Positions 1 to 9,334 of a DNA stretch of 64,000 nt are shown here, in pieces; the stretch's first letter is position 1, and each line of letters starts with the position of its first letter. The notes below the pieces were generated by a model, which was not told the DNA's origin, did no database searches, and saw only the letters and a list, made by a program, of their open reading frames with translations. This DNA is from a virus, in the IMG/VR virus record IMGVR_UViG_3300005617_000117, positions 38,815 to 102,814 of that record, one strand, 5' to 3'. Position numbers and translations under genes: made by a program.

Positions 1-1731
1 CGAGTTGCTGCCCATTGCGTCCTACCGGCTGACACCGTTTATGGTCCGTTAGGTGACGACGTTCCGGCTTCCTTTGCGAACTGGACTGAGGATGCTCCAC
101 CATTTAATCCATCTGGCGATGGACGACACTACATCCCTGTGCAAATTTCTATGGTTGGTCAGAGAGTTATTGACCCACGAAGCAATGATCTCTTCTCATT
201 CGAATCTTATCCAGAAGGCACTTTGTTATGTCAGTTGCCAATTAATGCTGGACCACGTACGGGACTGATAAATGACGGAATAATTAGAAGTCTAGAAACT
301 TTAATTTCTACACGAGACAAGTTGGGTGGCTCAGGCTTACAGGATATAGTAGATCCTTCAATTGTTCTAAATGTATATTCAGAGTTGAGCGGTGTTGTCG
401 TGCCCGTAGAGGCGAGAACTCGATATGGACAAATCTATCCAACCACTTGGGTTTCAGGTATTTTGAATCCTCGTACACATGAAGAAGTGCAGTTAGACGA
501 TCAGTTCGTGCCCTGGGCATTCTCTCCACAGGGAACTAAAAATTCGCTTGATATTATGACTGACCGTGCAATGGCAAGAGTAATTGGCAAGGTTGTTCGC
601 AGTGACACTTCTAGATTTGCTGATTTTACTCAAGTTGGATTACCATTGCTTTCATTTGACTCATTTGCGAATCAGCAAGTAGATGCTAATGGTTTATACG
701 GATCAATCGTCCACGGAGTCAATGAATTAAATCTTGGTTTCTCTATTGACGGTTTCCAGACTCGCTATAAGGTACAGTCTTATTATCCAAAATTTGGCAA
801 GGAAGCTCCTCTTGGAGAAAGAGTCCGTGCCATTCTAAATGGTATTATTAATCCTATCGACTTTACATTCTTAAAGTTAGGCAATCAGGTTCCTCCTCCG
901 CCGCCAAGTCCTTTGATTGATGCCGGAGCCAGAGATATTCCTTTCTTTGCCACACGAGAAGAAAGAGCGGTTCGAGTTAGAATTTCCGAAGTCAATGACA
1001 TCTTCACGCTTGCAAGCGTAGGATTACCACTCCAAGAAAGATATCGAGGTGTTGATGCTCACGGTTATAAGAAGCCATATGCCAACTCATTCTCGTCTGA
1101 CTTAGATCAAAAACGTGGAGCTATCTGCATTGACGGCTTCTTAAACGTCGATGATTCTGCGATTTATCATACTGATGCATTCGAATTGCCCGGCGGAACT
1201 ACTATTCTCAGATACTTTACTGGAGGCCGCCCATTCGGCAATAGCACGATCGTTACTGTTGAACAGGTGAGCGTAGACGTTCCCGGAACATATGATGTTA
1301 CAATCTTTGAAAATAATGACGCCGACAGAGCAATCTTGGCTGTTCCAGTTCTTAATGGCTCAGTTAATATTGGCGATAGAACTACGCTTTCCGCAAGAGG
1401 CGACGCATCTGTTACTGTTGGGCCAAACGTTGGCGGCCTGTATATTAATGGAACTTCGCTTGGTGCAGGCGTAGTACCAGTAGAAATCGTTTCTGTTACT
1501 AACGAGGGTACGATTGCTGCTACGGCAGTATGTCAAATCCTTAATTCTAATGGTATTGCAGCCGAAAATGGGGCCCAAACCAGTGGCGTTATTCCTTTGC
1601 CTTACAGACAATTTGCCACTTCTGGCGACCGAGGATTCTTGGCGACTACCACGGTTCCAGATGCCGTAAGCGGTAGCGGTGTCAGCGTTAGTTTCGTTGA
1701 AATAGTCAAGCCAGCCTTCGTTCGGTACTAA
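1..1731 (+). CDS. Putative virion structural (tail/baseplate-like) protein, 5'-truncated by the window edge
   Basis: Frame 1 is open from base 1 (RVAAHCVLPADTVYG...) through the ORF-track start at 139 to TAA at 1731. G/S/T/V-rich beta-type C-terminus; 7 SG dipeptides in the tracked part. Confidence 0.5.
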   Translation, partial: RVAAHCVLPADTVYGPLGDDVPASFANWTEDAPPFNPSGDGRHYIPVQISMVGQRVIDPRSNDLFSFESYPEGTLLCQLPINAGPRTGLINDGIIRSLETLISTRDKLGGSGLQDIVDPSIVLNVYSELSGVVVPVEARTRYGQIYPTTWVSGILNPRTHEEVQLDDQFVPWAFSPQGTKNSLDIMTDRAMARVIGKVVRSDTSRFADFTQVGLPLLSFDSFANQQVDANGLYGSIVHGVNELNLGFSIDGFQTRYKVQSYYPKFGKEAPLGERVRAILNGIINPIDFTFLKLGNQVPPPPPSPLIDAGARDIPFFATREERAVRVRISEVNDIFTLASVGLPLQERYRGVDAHGYKKPYANSFSSDLDQKRGAICIDGFLNVDDSAIYHTDAFELPGGTTILRYFTGGRPFGNSTIVTVEQVSVDVPGTYDVTIFENNDADRAILAVPVLNGSVNIGDRTTLSARGDASVTVGPNVGGLYINGTSLGAGVVPVEIVSVTNEGTIAATAVCQILNSNGIAAENGAQTSGVIPLPYRQFATSGDRGFLATTTVPDAVSGSGVSVSFVEIVKPAFVRY

Positions 1732-1734
1732 TTC

Positions 1735-3651
1735 ATGGTTGTAGCTTCTGGAACCATCCCATATCAGTATGAGGGAATCTATCCCTTTAGAGTGCCCGAT
1801 AGTCGATCTGTCGGTTTTTCTGGTATTCTATACGAACAAACAATGACCGTCCATACAGCAGAATTATTTAGATTCTTTGGATCTGATGACGATCCGTTCG
1901 TGTTCCAGAAGTATTTTAATATTAATGCTGCCACAGAATTATTTACGCCTCGACCTGATGGTGCCAATCTTGACGGTCGTGTGAATGGTTTGCCCGCTGG
2001 ATCATTCTTCATGAACTATATTGAAGACATGCGGCAGAGCTTCTCGCTTATGTTCTCGTTTAGCAACGTCGATTTAGCCGGGAATATTTTAGCCTTTAAA
2101 AAGGACTGGCTTCTTTGGGTCGGAAGCATTAGCGGCACTCAAGGAGATTTTACAAGATCCTTAGAAACAATTAATTCTGGTCCAATTCTTAGTATGGATT
2201 TTGACGACGTTGGGGCTAGTGGCGTTCTTACCGATATTGACTTAAGAGAAGTGTCTTACCAGCCGTATTCAAGATGGGGCAAAACTCTATCTGTAACTTA
2301 TAACATTGCCTCGGTTAGACTCGGACCTATTTTCCCAGGCTTTATGTCTACCGCAGGACTGTTCGTTAATTTAAACTCCAGAGAACAAGCACTTAGCTTC
2401 ACGACTGGCGGGACAACTAGAACGTCGGCAGATTGGACCGCTGGACAAATGATATTAGATGGAGACATGTTCTTCTCTGATACAGATTTTGCCCTGGCCG
2501 CAGGAACGGCAACTCGTCAAACACTAGAAGGTGATATTTCTCATAACGCCTATCCGGTACTTTCACTTCCTGGCCGTGTATTTAGAAATCACTTAAATGG
2601 CACGGTAGATCCGCGTGCTCGGGCGATCGTAGATCCCATTCCGTTAGCCATTGGTGGATATGGTATTGGAGCAATCAATAGTTTATCTGCTCATCCTAAA
2701 TTAGTTGTACCATCGGGCACTTTAAGTTTTAGTCCACAATTATCCTATAACGGCACTCATCTTGGTAGCGGATTTTATGTGTTTGATAATAGTTTCTGGA
2801 TTGACCAAGACGAAATCCTTAATCCTTCCGGCCTAAGACTACTAAATCCTTTGGCCCCACCGTCATTCGTTTGGTTTAGAATTGCAGATCAAGCTAATGC
2901 ATTTGACGATCTCGGCGGCAACCACGCCTGGAGCACGCAGAACATGGTTGGTCTGATGGATAACGGCACAAACTATGTTAAAATGTCCACCATGCTTGCG
3001 ACAGCAGATGCCGACAGAAAGATGGGATTCTTCTCATATGATAAATCTACTCTAGACCTTGTTTCAGTAGATCAACCGGTTCAAGACTGGACAGTATTTA
3101 CTGCAACTATCTCTGTCCCTGGAGTTTTAGCTCATGCCTCGTGGGATGGTACTTACTACTACGCCTATACCCAAAGCGGATCTGGTCCTGCTAGAAATAT
3201 CTTCTTATTTGATAGCGGATTTATCCTGGCAGACTCTAAGTTTTATGGGGCACACACATTAACTTGGATTCAGGGCAATATATTTACTGGCGGCGTTTTC
3301 GGAGCCGTTGGAGATACGGTCTATGAACTATTAATAGATCCTGATCCTGGCAATGACATTGTTACTGATACTGGCATTGCTTATACTGTGGATGTTAGCG
3401 TTGCAGCGTGGCCAGCCAGTCATTCAAGCGTAGTAACTAAAATCTATCCGCCGAAACAAATTACTGGATCTCCTTATTTTACAGACGGTACATGGATGAT
3501 GGCTATTAATGGATCTAATGTAGTAGTTATGTTTAGAGGTGAATTATCTGGATCATCTATTGTACCACAGGAAGGGTTTGTTGTCAGTGCATTGGGTGCG
3601 GCGGTCACGGCAAGAGCCGGTTATGAGTTCGTATATGGCAACTTTACTTAG
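1735..3651 (+). CDS. Putative virion structural protein (beta-rich, possible propeller-like C-terminus)
   Basis: 638 aa, Lys-poor and G/S/T/aromatic-rich, 12 SG dipeptides. N-terminal ASGTIPY resembles GSGTVPY/GSGTIPN of the 48365 and 48882 proteins. Confidence 0.5.
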   Translation: MVVASGTIPYQYEGIYPFRVPDSRSVGFSGILYEQTMTVHTAELFRFFGSDDDPFVFQKYFNINAATELFTPRPDGANLDGRVNGLPAGSFFMNYIEDMRQSFSLMFSFSNVDLAGNILAFKKDWLLWVGSISGTQGDFTRSLETINSGPILSMDFDDVGASGVLTDIDLREVSYQPYSRWGKTLSVTYNIASVRLGPIFPGFMSTAGLFVNLNSREQALSFTTGGTTRTSADWTAGQMILDGDMFFSDTDFALAAGTATRQTLEGDISHNAYPVLSLPGRVFRNHLNGTVDPRARAIVDPIPLAIGGYGIGAINSLSAHPKLVVPSGTLSFSPQLSYNGTHLGSGFYVFDNSFWIDQDEILNPSGLRLLNPLAPPSFVWFRIADQANAFDDLGGNHAWSTQNMVGLMDNGTNYVKMSTMLATADADRKMGFFSYDKSTLDLVSVDQPVQDWTVFTATISVPGVLAHASWDGTYYYAYTQSGSGPARNIFLFDSGFILADSKFYGAHTLTWIQGNIFTGGVFGAVGDTVYELLIDPDPGNDIVTDTGIAYTVDVSVAAWPASHSSVVTKIYPPKQITGSPYFTDGTWMMAINGSNVVVMFRGELSGSSIVPQEGFVVSALGAAVTARAGYEFVYGNFT

Positions 3652-3662
3652 TGTAATTTAAT
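3650..3662 (+). promoter_or_regulatory. Candidate phage late-promoter motif AGTGTA + AT-rich tract
   Basis: AGTGTAATTTAAT overlaps the upstream TAG. AGTGTA also begins the intergenic regions at 48268 (+) and 58086 (-). Confidence 0.4.
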
Positions 3663-3667
3663 TATAC

Positions 3668-3730
3668 CCGGATGCCAGACGGTATCTCGTGGGACTTGCC
3701 CCGAAGGGCCACAGGCGTTCGGACTTACCG
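3668..3730 (+). ncRNA. Candidate structured RNA leader, copy 1
   Basis: P1 CCGGATGCC (3668-3676)/GGCGTTCGG (3714-3722); hairpin AGA-CGGTA-TCT (3677-3687); GCCC-CGAA-GGGC (3698-3709); loop CGGTA is complementary to TACCG (3726-3730). Confidence 0.5.
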
Positions 3731-3767
3731 ATAGCTAAGGTTTAAAAAGCCTTGGCTATTTTTATTT
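3731..3767 (+). terminator. Intrinsic terminator
   Basis: ATAGCTAAGGTTT-AAA-AAGCCTTGGCTAT forms a 13-bp stem (2 G-U), followed by TTTTATTT. Confidence 0.7.
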
Positions 3768-3782
3768 GATGGGAGATTTTTC

Positions 3783-4439
3783 ATGGTAAGCGGAATTAGA
3801 TTCGCAGGATGTTCTGGAGCGATGGGTGGACAGCCTAGCAATAGAGCGTTCCCCAACGGTCTAGAAGTATTTAATATGCAGCCTGGGGATACGTCTGCAC
3901 CTCTACGTGTAGGCTTCTTCGGTGCTGGAGGGGCTCCTAACGCCTCAGTAATCGTTGGCGAATACCAAGACCGCACCCACAGAACTAATCATAACGGGGC
4001 CGATTTAGGCGTCTTTATTAATAATAAATTCTCATCTTCTACGGTAGCAATTGTTTCTGGCGTTACGTTCCCCAACTTAATCGATATGCCAGCAAGTTCC
4101 GGTACTCTGATGTGCCGGTTTACAGAGCCAAGTGCTCAGCAAGTACAAACTCAGAACGCCACGTTCCGGGCGGTTTCATTTAACTCTAACTCAGGCGTTC
4201 CGAACATCGATGCTATTCCTGCTAACGTAACCGTACAGGCTTTCGAGCTAAAGAATACGGTTGGTGGTGCTGGCAACTCTTCATGGACTAATATTACCAG
4301 CGGAAGCAATGCCCTTGCACTTAATGCACAGGCTGCGACCGCAACGGTTCATGACTTTATAGTTGCCGTTTCTGCTTCTCCGACCGCTACGGGAACTAAT
4401 CGAGACTTCGGCTTCGCCGTAAGATTAGAATACTTCTAA
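3783..4439 (+). CDS. Putative virion structural protein
   Basis: 218 aa, A/G/N/S/T-rich, 6 SG dipeptides, GGGAG RBS upstream. Confidence 0.5.
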   Translation: MVSGIRFAGCSGAMGGQPSNRAFPNGLEVFNMQPGDTSAPLRVGFFGAGGAPNASVIVGEYQDRTHRTNHNGADLGVFINNKFSSSTVAIVSGVTFPNLIDMPASSGTLMCRFTEPSAQQVQTQNATFRAVSFNSNSGVPNIDAIPANVTVQAFELKNTVGGAGNSSWTNITSGSNALALNAQAATATVHDFIVAVSASPTATGTNRDFGFAVRLEYF

Positions 4440-4499
4440 GATTTTTCCGTAACTTTTCTCAGAAAAACCGGCATATTACCTAGCGTTCAAGGAGGTATT

Positions 4500-4976
4500 A
4501 TGACGAATCTCGCTTTCAGAGCAGACAGTCCAGGCGTTGGACCGAATAGATGGATCGCAAGCTTAAGTGACGGATCTACAGTCTTCGAAGATCGATTACC
4601 TAATATACCGTCGTCATGGATTAGGCTGCAAGAGTACGTACGAGAATCTGGTCTACAAATTACTCGTTTGCGGTCCCAGGCAAATGGCGTCATGGTCCAA
4701 CTCCCTCCTTTTAAGGATGAGAATGGTCTTCAGCAGTTGGATGGCTATTGGCATAGTAAACGTCAGACAGCTTTCTTGCATCCAGACATTATGCAAGAGA
4801 CTTCCCACGGCATTGGATTTATCAGGGGAGATACTCTGTCCATTAGTTGGATTAAAGAAAACGGATCGATAGAAGAAGAGCAAAGACCGTATAATAGACA
4901 AAAAGACCTAGCGGGAATTTTAAATGTCAAAATATCAGTCGATCACAACTCCAACGATTCAGCACGACGAATTTAA
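4500..4976 (+). CDS. Hypothetical phage protein
   Basis: 158 aa ORF with a strong AAGGAGG RBS; first gene of the replication module. Confidence 0.6.
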   Translation: MTNLAFRADSPGVGPNRWIASLSDGSTVFEDRLPNIPSSWIRLQEYVRESGLQITRLRSQANGVMVQLPPFKDENGLQQLDGYWHSKRQTAFLHPDIMQETSHGIGFIRGDTLSISWIKENGSIEEEQRPYNRQKDLAGILNVKISVDHNSNDSARRI

Positions 4977-5394
4977 TATTGTCACGGAACTTATTTTCTT
5001 AAATAATTATGGGAATGTTGGTGAATATCCGTGGCGAGGTCAATATAGAGACTTCTGGTCTAAGACGCTAGCAATAATTCGCAAGTTGCACAAAGTCCAC
5101 GGTCTATCGGTCGATCAACTAGCGTTCTATATATTTAAGTGCAGCCCCAAAGAGCTTTCTCAGCAAGAATTTGCTAAAGCCGCCGTAGTTGCTAAAAAAC
5201 TATTCCTTAAATTTAATCTTGACGAATTAGTTAATCGGTACAGAGAAAAATTCAAACCGATTGAAATGACGGGGCTAGAAGCGGCACCATATAGTGACCG
5301 TACTATCACAGAACCTAAACGAAAAACACTTATTGAATTATTAAAGGAATTGGAAAATGGCCAAGGAGCAAACTCTATTCACGAAGGAAGTTGA
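4924..5394 (+). CDS. Hypothetical protein
   Basis: 156 aa ORF overlapping both neighbours. Confidence 0.55.
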   Translation: MSKYQSITTPTIQHDEFNIVTELIFLNNYGNVGEYPWRGQYRDFWSKTLAIIRKLHKVHGLSVDQLAFYIFKCSPKELSQQEFAKAAVVAKKLFLKFNLDELVNRYREKFKPIEMTGLEAAPYSDRTITEPKRKTLIELLKELENGQGANSIHEGS

Positions 5395-6436
5395 AAGCGT
5401 AGATGGTGCAAAAATTATTAATGCATCAGACATTGAGAATCCAGAACTAAATGCCACAGGATCGTTCAGTCTAGACTTTGACTTGGTTGTGCCAATTCCC
5501 GATGGAAGAATCGTAGAAATCTATGGTGGCGAAGGTGCGGGAAAGTCCAGTCTCGCCCTTGAAATTATTGGGCAGGGCCTTAAGAAAGGCAAGAAAGCTC
5601 TATATGTAAATATGGAGCGAAGTCTTAATAGAAGCCTGCTCGAAACCATTCGAAGCATCAAGCCGTTTATTAATAAGCCGGATTCTCCACTTTCGATTAT
5701 GTGGGCTCCAAATGGAGAAACCGCACTAGAACTATGTCGCAAATGGTGCGTGACTAATCCAAACTCTGTGCTCGTATTGGATTCTATCGATGCGTGCGTG
5801 CCCGCAGCCGTGCTCACGGGCGAGATCGGCGATAGTCATATGGGTAATCACGCTAAATTAATGTCGCAGGCAATCAGAACGCTTATCACAGCCATTGAAG
5901 ATAATCATGTGGCATTCGTCTGTATTAATCAGCTTCGCAGCAAGATGAGTCCTTATGGTAATCCCAACGAGACTAGCGGCGGCAATGCCATGAAGTATTA
6001 CGCTAGTCAGCGAATTGAAGTATTGAAGCCGGGTAAAGCCGAAATGATCGTAACTACTGATGGAAACGTTCTTGGTTTCAATATGCGATACAAGGTCATT
6101 AAGAATAAGTGTGCCCCGCAAGGACAGGACGGCGTAGTACCTATTCTATATTTTAATGGCATCTACCGAGAACTAGAAATCATTAATATGATGGCCAAGT
6201 TCGGCCTGTTACAAATGGGAGGAAAGGGCGGAGCACAAGTACAACTCCCGACGCTTGACAAGGATGGCAAGGAAACCGGAGAGCACATTATGTGCAGCAA
6301 GTTTAATGCTGCCCGTCGTCTTTTTACGATAGACCCAATTCTCTGTGCCCATCTGGAAAAGAAGCTAAGAGCATTCCTCATTCAAAGCACATCAACAAAG
6401 AATGTAATAGAAACAGATGAAATTTCAGAGTCTTAA
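5357..6436 (+). CDS. recA: RecA/UvsX-family recombinase
   Basis: GRIVEIYGGEGAGKS Walker A, LVLDSI Walker B, INQLR, GGNAMKYYASQR, KNK motifs. Confidence 0.93.
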   Translation: MAKEQTLFTKEVESVDGAKIINASDIENPELNATGSFSLDFDLVVPIPDGRIVEIYGGEGAGKSSLALEIIGQGLKKGKKALYVNMERSLNRSLLETIRSIKPFINKPDSPLSIMWAPNGETALELCRKWCVTNPNSVLVLDSIDACVPAAVLTGEIGDSHMGNHAKLMSQAIRTLITAIEDNHVAFVCINQLRSKMSPYGNPNETSGGNAMKYYASQRIEVLKPGKAEMIVTTDGNVLGFNMRYKVIKNKCAPQGQDGVVPILYFNGIYRELEIINMMAKFGLLQMGGKGGAQVQLPTLDKDGKETGEHIMCSKFNAARRLFTIDPILCAHLEKKLRAFLIQSTSTKNVIETDEISES

Positions 6437-6833
6437 TGGTCAGGAAGTTCATTGCGAAGTCTCGCAGAGCAAATATCCTACCCGCACTAAAGACCAGTGC
6501 AAGTCAGATGGCCAATTTAATCTCGGCCAGCAATTAAAATTACTTTACAAGGGCGTGCCGATTCTTGAGGAATTCCCAATTCCAGGGACCAAGCTTTCTC
6601 TTGATTTCTTTATTCCTAGTTTTAAAGCAGCCTTCGAGTTTCAAGGCTCACAGCACGATTCTTTTAACAAGTTCTTTCATGCAGATAAAAAAGACTTTGT
6701 TAAACAGACGAAAAGAGATCAAGATAAGAAGGAGTGGTGCAAGCTGAACGCCATTAAATTAATTGAGATACGAAAGCCAGACCTTACGTTTGATGAGCTA
6801 AAGGCGGCTATTTTGGAGATTGTGAATGGCTAA
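6417..6833 (+). CDS. DUF559/Vsr-like restriction-endonuclease-fold protein
   Basis: EEF...LDFFIP...AFEFQGSQH...RDQDKKEWC..N.IKLIEI pattern. Confidence 0.7.
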   Translation: MKFQSLNGQEVHCEVSQSKYPTRTKDQCKSDGQFNLGQQLKLLYKGVPILEEFPIPGTKLSLDFFIPSFKAAFEFQGSQHDSFNKFFHADKKDFVKQTKRDQDKKEWCKLNAIKLIEIRKPDLTFDELKAAILEIVNG

Positions 6834-8322
6834 TATTGCCGCAGAAAAACTACTGCTGGCGTCTTTTATCAGACATCCAGATACATTCTTTGCTTTTCAG
6901 AATTATGTAACTGAAAACGATTTCATGAGTGTGGCCCACAAGTTTGTTTTCCAGGCCATGCAAAAGCTTTATCTAGATAAGTCAATTGATCGTATTAGCA
7001 AGATGAAGATTATCGCCGAAGCTAAAAATCTCGGCTGTGAGAACTTCATGTCCATGACCAAAGACGGAAAGCTTCTTGATGAGATTTTCGCCGAAGCACC
7101 GTCAGTCGAAGAAACTGCCAACCACTTTCAGGTTGTTAAAAAGGAAACGATTAAAAGAGCCTATCTCACAGTTAATGATGAGGTTCGCGGATACATTAAT
7201 ACGACTCTAGATCCTGCGATGACAATGGTGGACACGGTTGAACAAAAGTTAATCAACGTTAGCCAGCAACTAAATCATGATGACGCCCAAATTATCAATC
7301 TAGGTAAAGATGCCGAGGGTGTTATTGCGGACCTAGCCAATAATCCTGGCCATCTTGGATGGGACTTGGCATTCCCAGTGTGGCAAAATAAGATTGGTCA
7401 GATTAGAAATGGCTCGATCACATTCGTAGTTGGTACAGCCAAATCAGGCAAAAGTCAGTTTGGAATGCGTAATGCGTTGCACGTTGCCCACAAATTTAGA
7501 GCACCCGTTCTTCTTATTGACACAGAACTAAAAAAGAAAGACCAGATTGTTAGGTTGGTCGGTATGATGGCAGGAGTACCATACGAAATACTTGAGACGG
7601 GCTTCTGGAAATTGGACGACGATAAATGGGCTGGCATGAATCTAAAACCCGAACTAATTACGGCCCTCAAAGTTTATCGCCAGCGAATGAACGACCCGAT
7701 TCTTTGGTCCAAAGCACGCGAACTTCCCTTTTCTTATTTAGAGGCTAGCGGCATGGGCGTGGAAGAGGTTATTCCAAAGATTCGTAGATGGGTCATGACG
7801 ACAGCAAAGCCAGACAAAATGGCTAAATTCCCACAATGTTTAATTGTATACGACTATATCAAGCTAGCAACATTCGATGAATTAAAGGGTGGCAAATTGC
7901 AAGAGTGGCAGCTTCACGGGCTTAATATGGCCGCTATGCACGATTTCGTGAACAAATGGAACGTGCCCATGATTGCTCTTGGCCAAACCAATAACACAAT
8001 TGGATACGATATTAAGATGGTGGCCGGAGCCAAGCGAATTATCGATAACGTTAGTTCGGTGACATTGCTGCATCGCAAAGACACAGATCAAAAGTCAATG
8101 GATGGCAATGGCAACTACTTCTTAATGCCACTAGTAACACGATACGGTGCAGGACTTGAAAGAGGCCATATTAATATCGCGTTCAATCCAGAAATTGGAG
8201 AATTTACAGAACTTGGTTTAAGTCAAATCGATTACCGAGAAGAGCAGAAGAAACGACTAGAAGAATGGAAGCAGGAAAAGAAGAATAATAATAAGAAGTC
8301 AAAAGATGACTACGATGATTAA
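6826..8322 (+). CDS. dnaB: Replicative DNA helicase, DnaB-like
   Basis: N-terminal AEKLLLASF...DF..AHK DnaB-type domain; GTAKSGKS Walker A, IDTE, IVYDYI Walker B, TRYG; adjacent to the primase. Confidence 0.85.
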   Translation: MANIAAEKLLLASFIRHPDTFFAFQNYVTENDFMSVAHKFVFQAMQKLYLDKSIDRISKMKIIAEAKNLGCENFMSMTKDGKLLDEIFAEAPSVEETANHFQVVKKETIKRAYLTVNDEVRGYINTTLDPAMTMVDTVEQKLINVSQQLNHDDAQIINLGKDAEGVIADLANNPGHLGWDLAFPVWQNKIGQIRNGSITFVVGTAKSGKSQFGMRNALHVAHKFRAPVLLIDTELKKKDQIVRLVGMMAGVPYEILETGFWKLDDDKWAGMNLKPELITALKVYRQRMNDPILWSKARELPFSYLEASGMGVEEVIPKIRRWVMTTAKPDKMAKFPQCLIVYDYIKLATFDELKGGKLQEWQLHGLNMAAMHDFVNKWNVPMIALGQTNNTIGYDIKMVAGAKRIIDNVSSVTLLHRKDTDQKSMDGNGNYFLMPLVTRYGAGLERGHINIAFNPEIGEFTELGLSQIDYREEQKKRLEEWKQEKKNNNKKSKDDYDD

Positions 8323-9334
8323 ACTCGATCGTACCAAGCTTAAAGATCATGCCAACGCCAACATTAATCGCATCCTTGATATTTTAGGAATAACGTATCG
8401 TCGGAGCGGCGATCTTATTCAGGCGTCGTGCCCATGCAAACAACATCCGGGGGATGGCGATAATCCAACTGCATTTTCTTGGCGAGATAGCGTAGGACAT
8501 TGGGTTTGCTGGACACATCATTGCGAACAAGAATTGGGGGCAGACGTTTTTGGTCTTATTCGCAGCGTTGTCGGCTGTGGCTTTAACGATTCGCTTGATT
8601 GGGTTGCAACCTTTTTAAGCAATCACAAAATCAATATTGATGAACAGCCAAAAACGAAATATAAGAATAGTGGCCCATCTTTAAGAATCCATGAGCCATT
8701 GAACGAATCTCTTATTCGATATCTTCAACCGAATTACGACTATCTACTTGGTCGCGGATATAAACTAGAAACTCTCAAAAAGTTCGAGATTGGATTTTGG
8801 AATCGATTGGGCACATTCATGCATAATCGTCAAATCTTTCCGATTAGAGATATTCGCGGCAGCCTTGTGGGATTTTCTGGTCGCACCATTTATCCAGAAG
8901 CAGATTGGGGCAAGTATCAGATTAAAGCAAAATGGGTGCATGGACGCTATTATGATAGATGGCCGAAACTGGACGAATTAAAAACTGGCTCGCTTCTATT
9001 TAATCTTGATAAGGCAAAAGATCATATCGGTCTTCAAAAGACCCTCATACTTGTTGAGGGGCCATTAGACGGCTTAAGATTAGACGAGGCCGGTTTCTAT
9101 AATTGGGTAGCTTTATTAGGATGTAACTTCGGAGCCTCCCATAGATCACTACTAGTTTCTTTAGGGATTAATAATCTAGTCATGGCTCTTGATATAGATA
9201 AAGCGGGAACTAACGCAACATCTAAAATCGAGAGATCATTGTCGGAATTTTTCCATATTCATAAGCCAGTAATGCAAAATGATCCTGGCAAAACTTCTAT
9301 AGAGGATCTAAAGAAAATCTTTAATGCTTATTAA
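8306..9334 (+). CDS. dnaG: DNA primase (Zn finger + TOPRIM), DnaG-like
   Basis: CPCKQH...CWTHHC Zn-binding domain, FPIRD..G.LVGFSGR, LVEGPLD, ALDIDKAG, NDP. Confidence 0.9.
   Translation: MTTMIKLDRTKLKDHANANINRILDILGITYRRSGDLIQASCPCKQHPGDGDNPTAFSWRDSVGHWVCWTHHCEQELGADVFGLIRSVVGCGFNDSLDWVATFLSNHKINIDEQPKTKYKNSGPSLRIHEPLNESLIRYLQPNYDYLLGRGYKLETLKKFEIGFWNRLGTFMHNRQIFPIRDIRGSLVGFSGRTIYPEADWGKYQIKAKWVHGRYYDRWPKLDELKTGSLLFNLDKAKDHIGLQKTLILVEGPLDGLRLDEAGFYNWVALLGCNFGASHRSLLVSLGINNLVMALDIDKAGTNATSKIERSLSEFFHIHKPVMQNDPGKTSIEDLKKIFNAY

Noticed and set aside
3668-3722. HDV-like (theta) ribozyme or a known riboswitch (SAH, cobalamin, ZTP)
   Set aside because: The helix order superficially fits HDV-like P2-P3-P4, but there is no convincing P1 partner upstream and no pyrimidine-rich L3/P1.1. 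The known riboswitch consensus blocks are absent.
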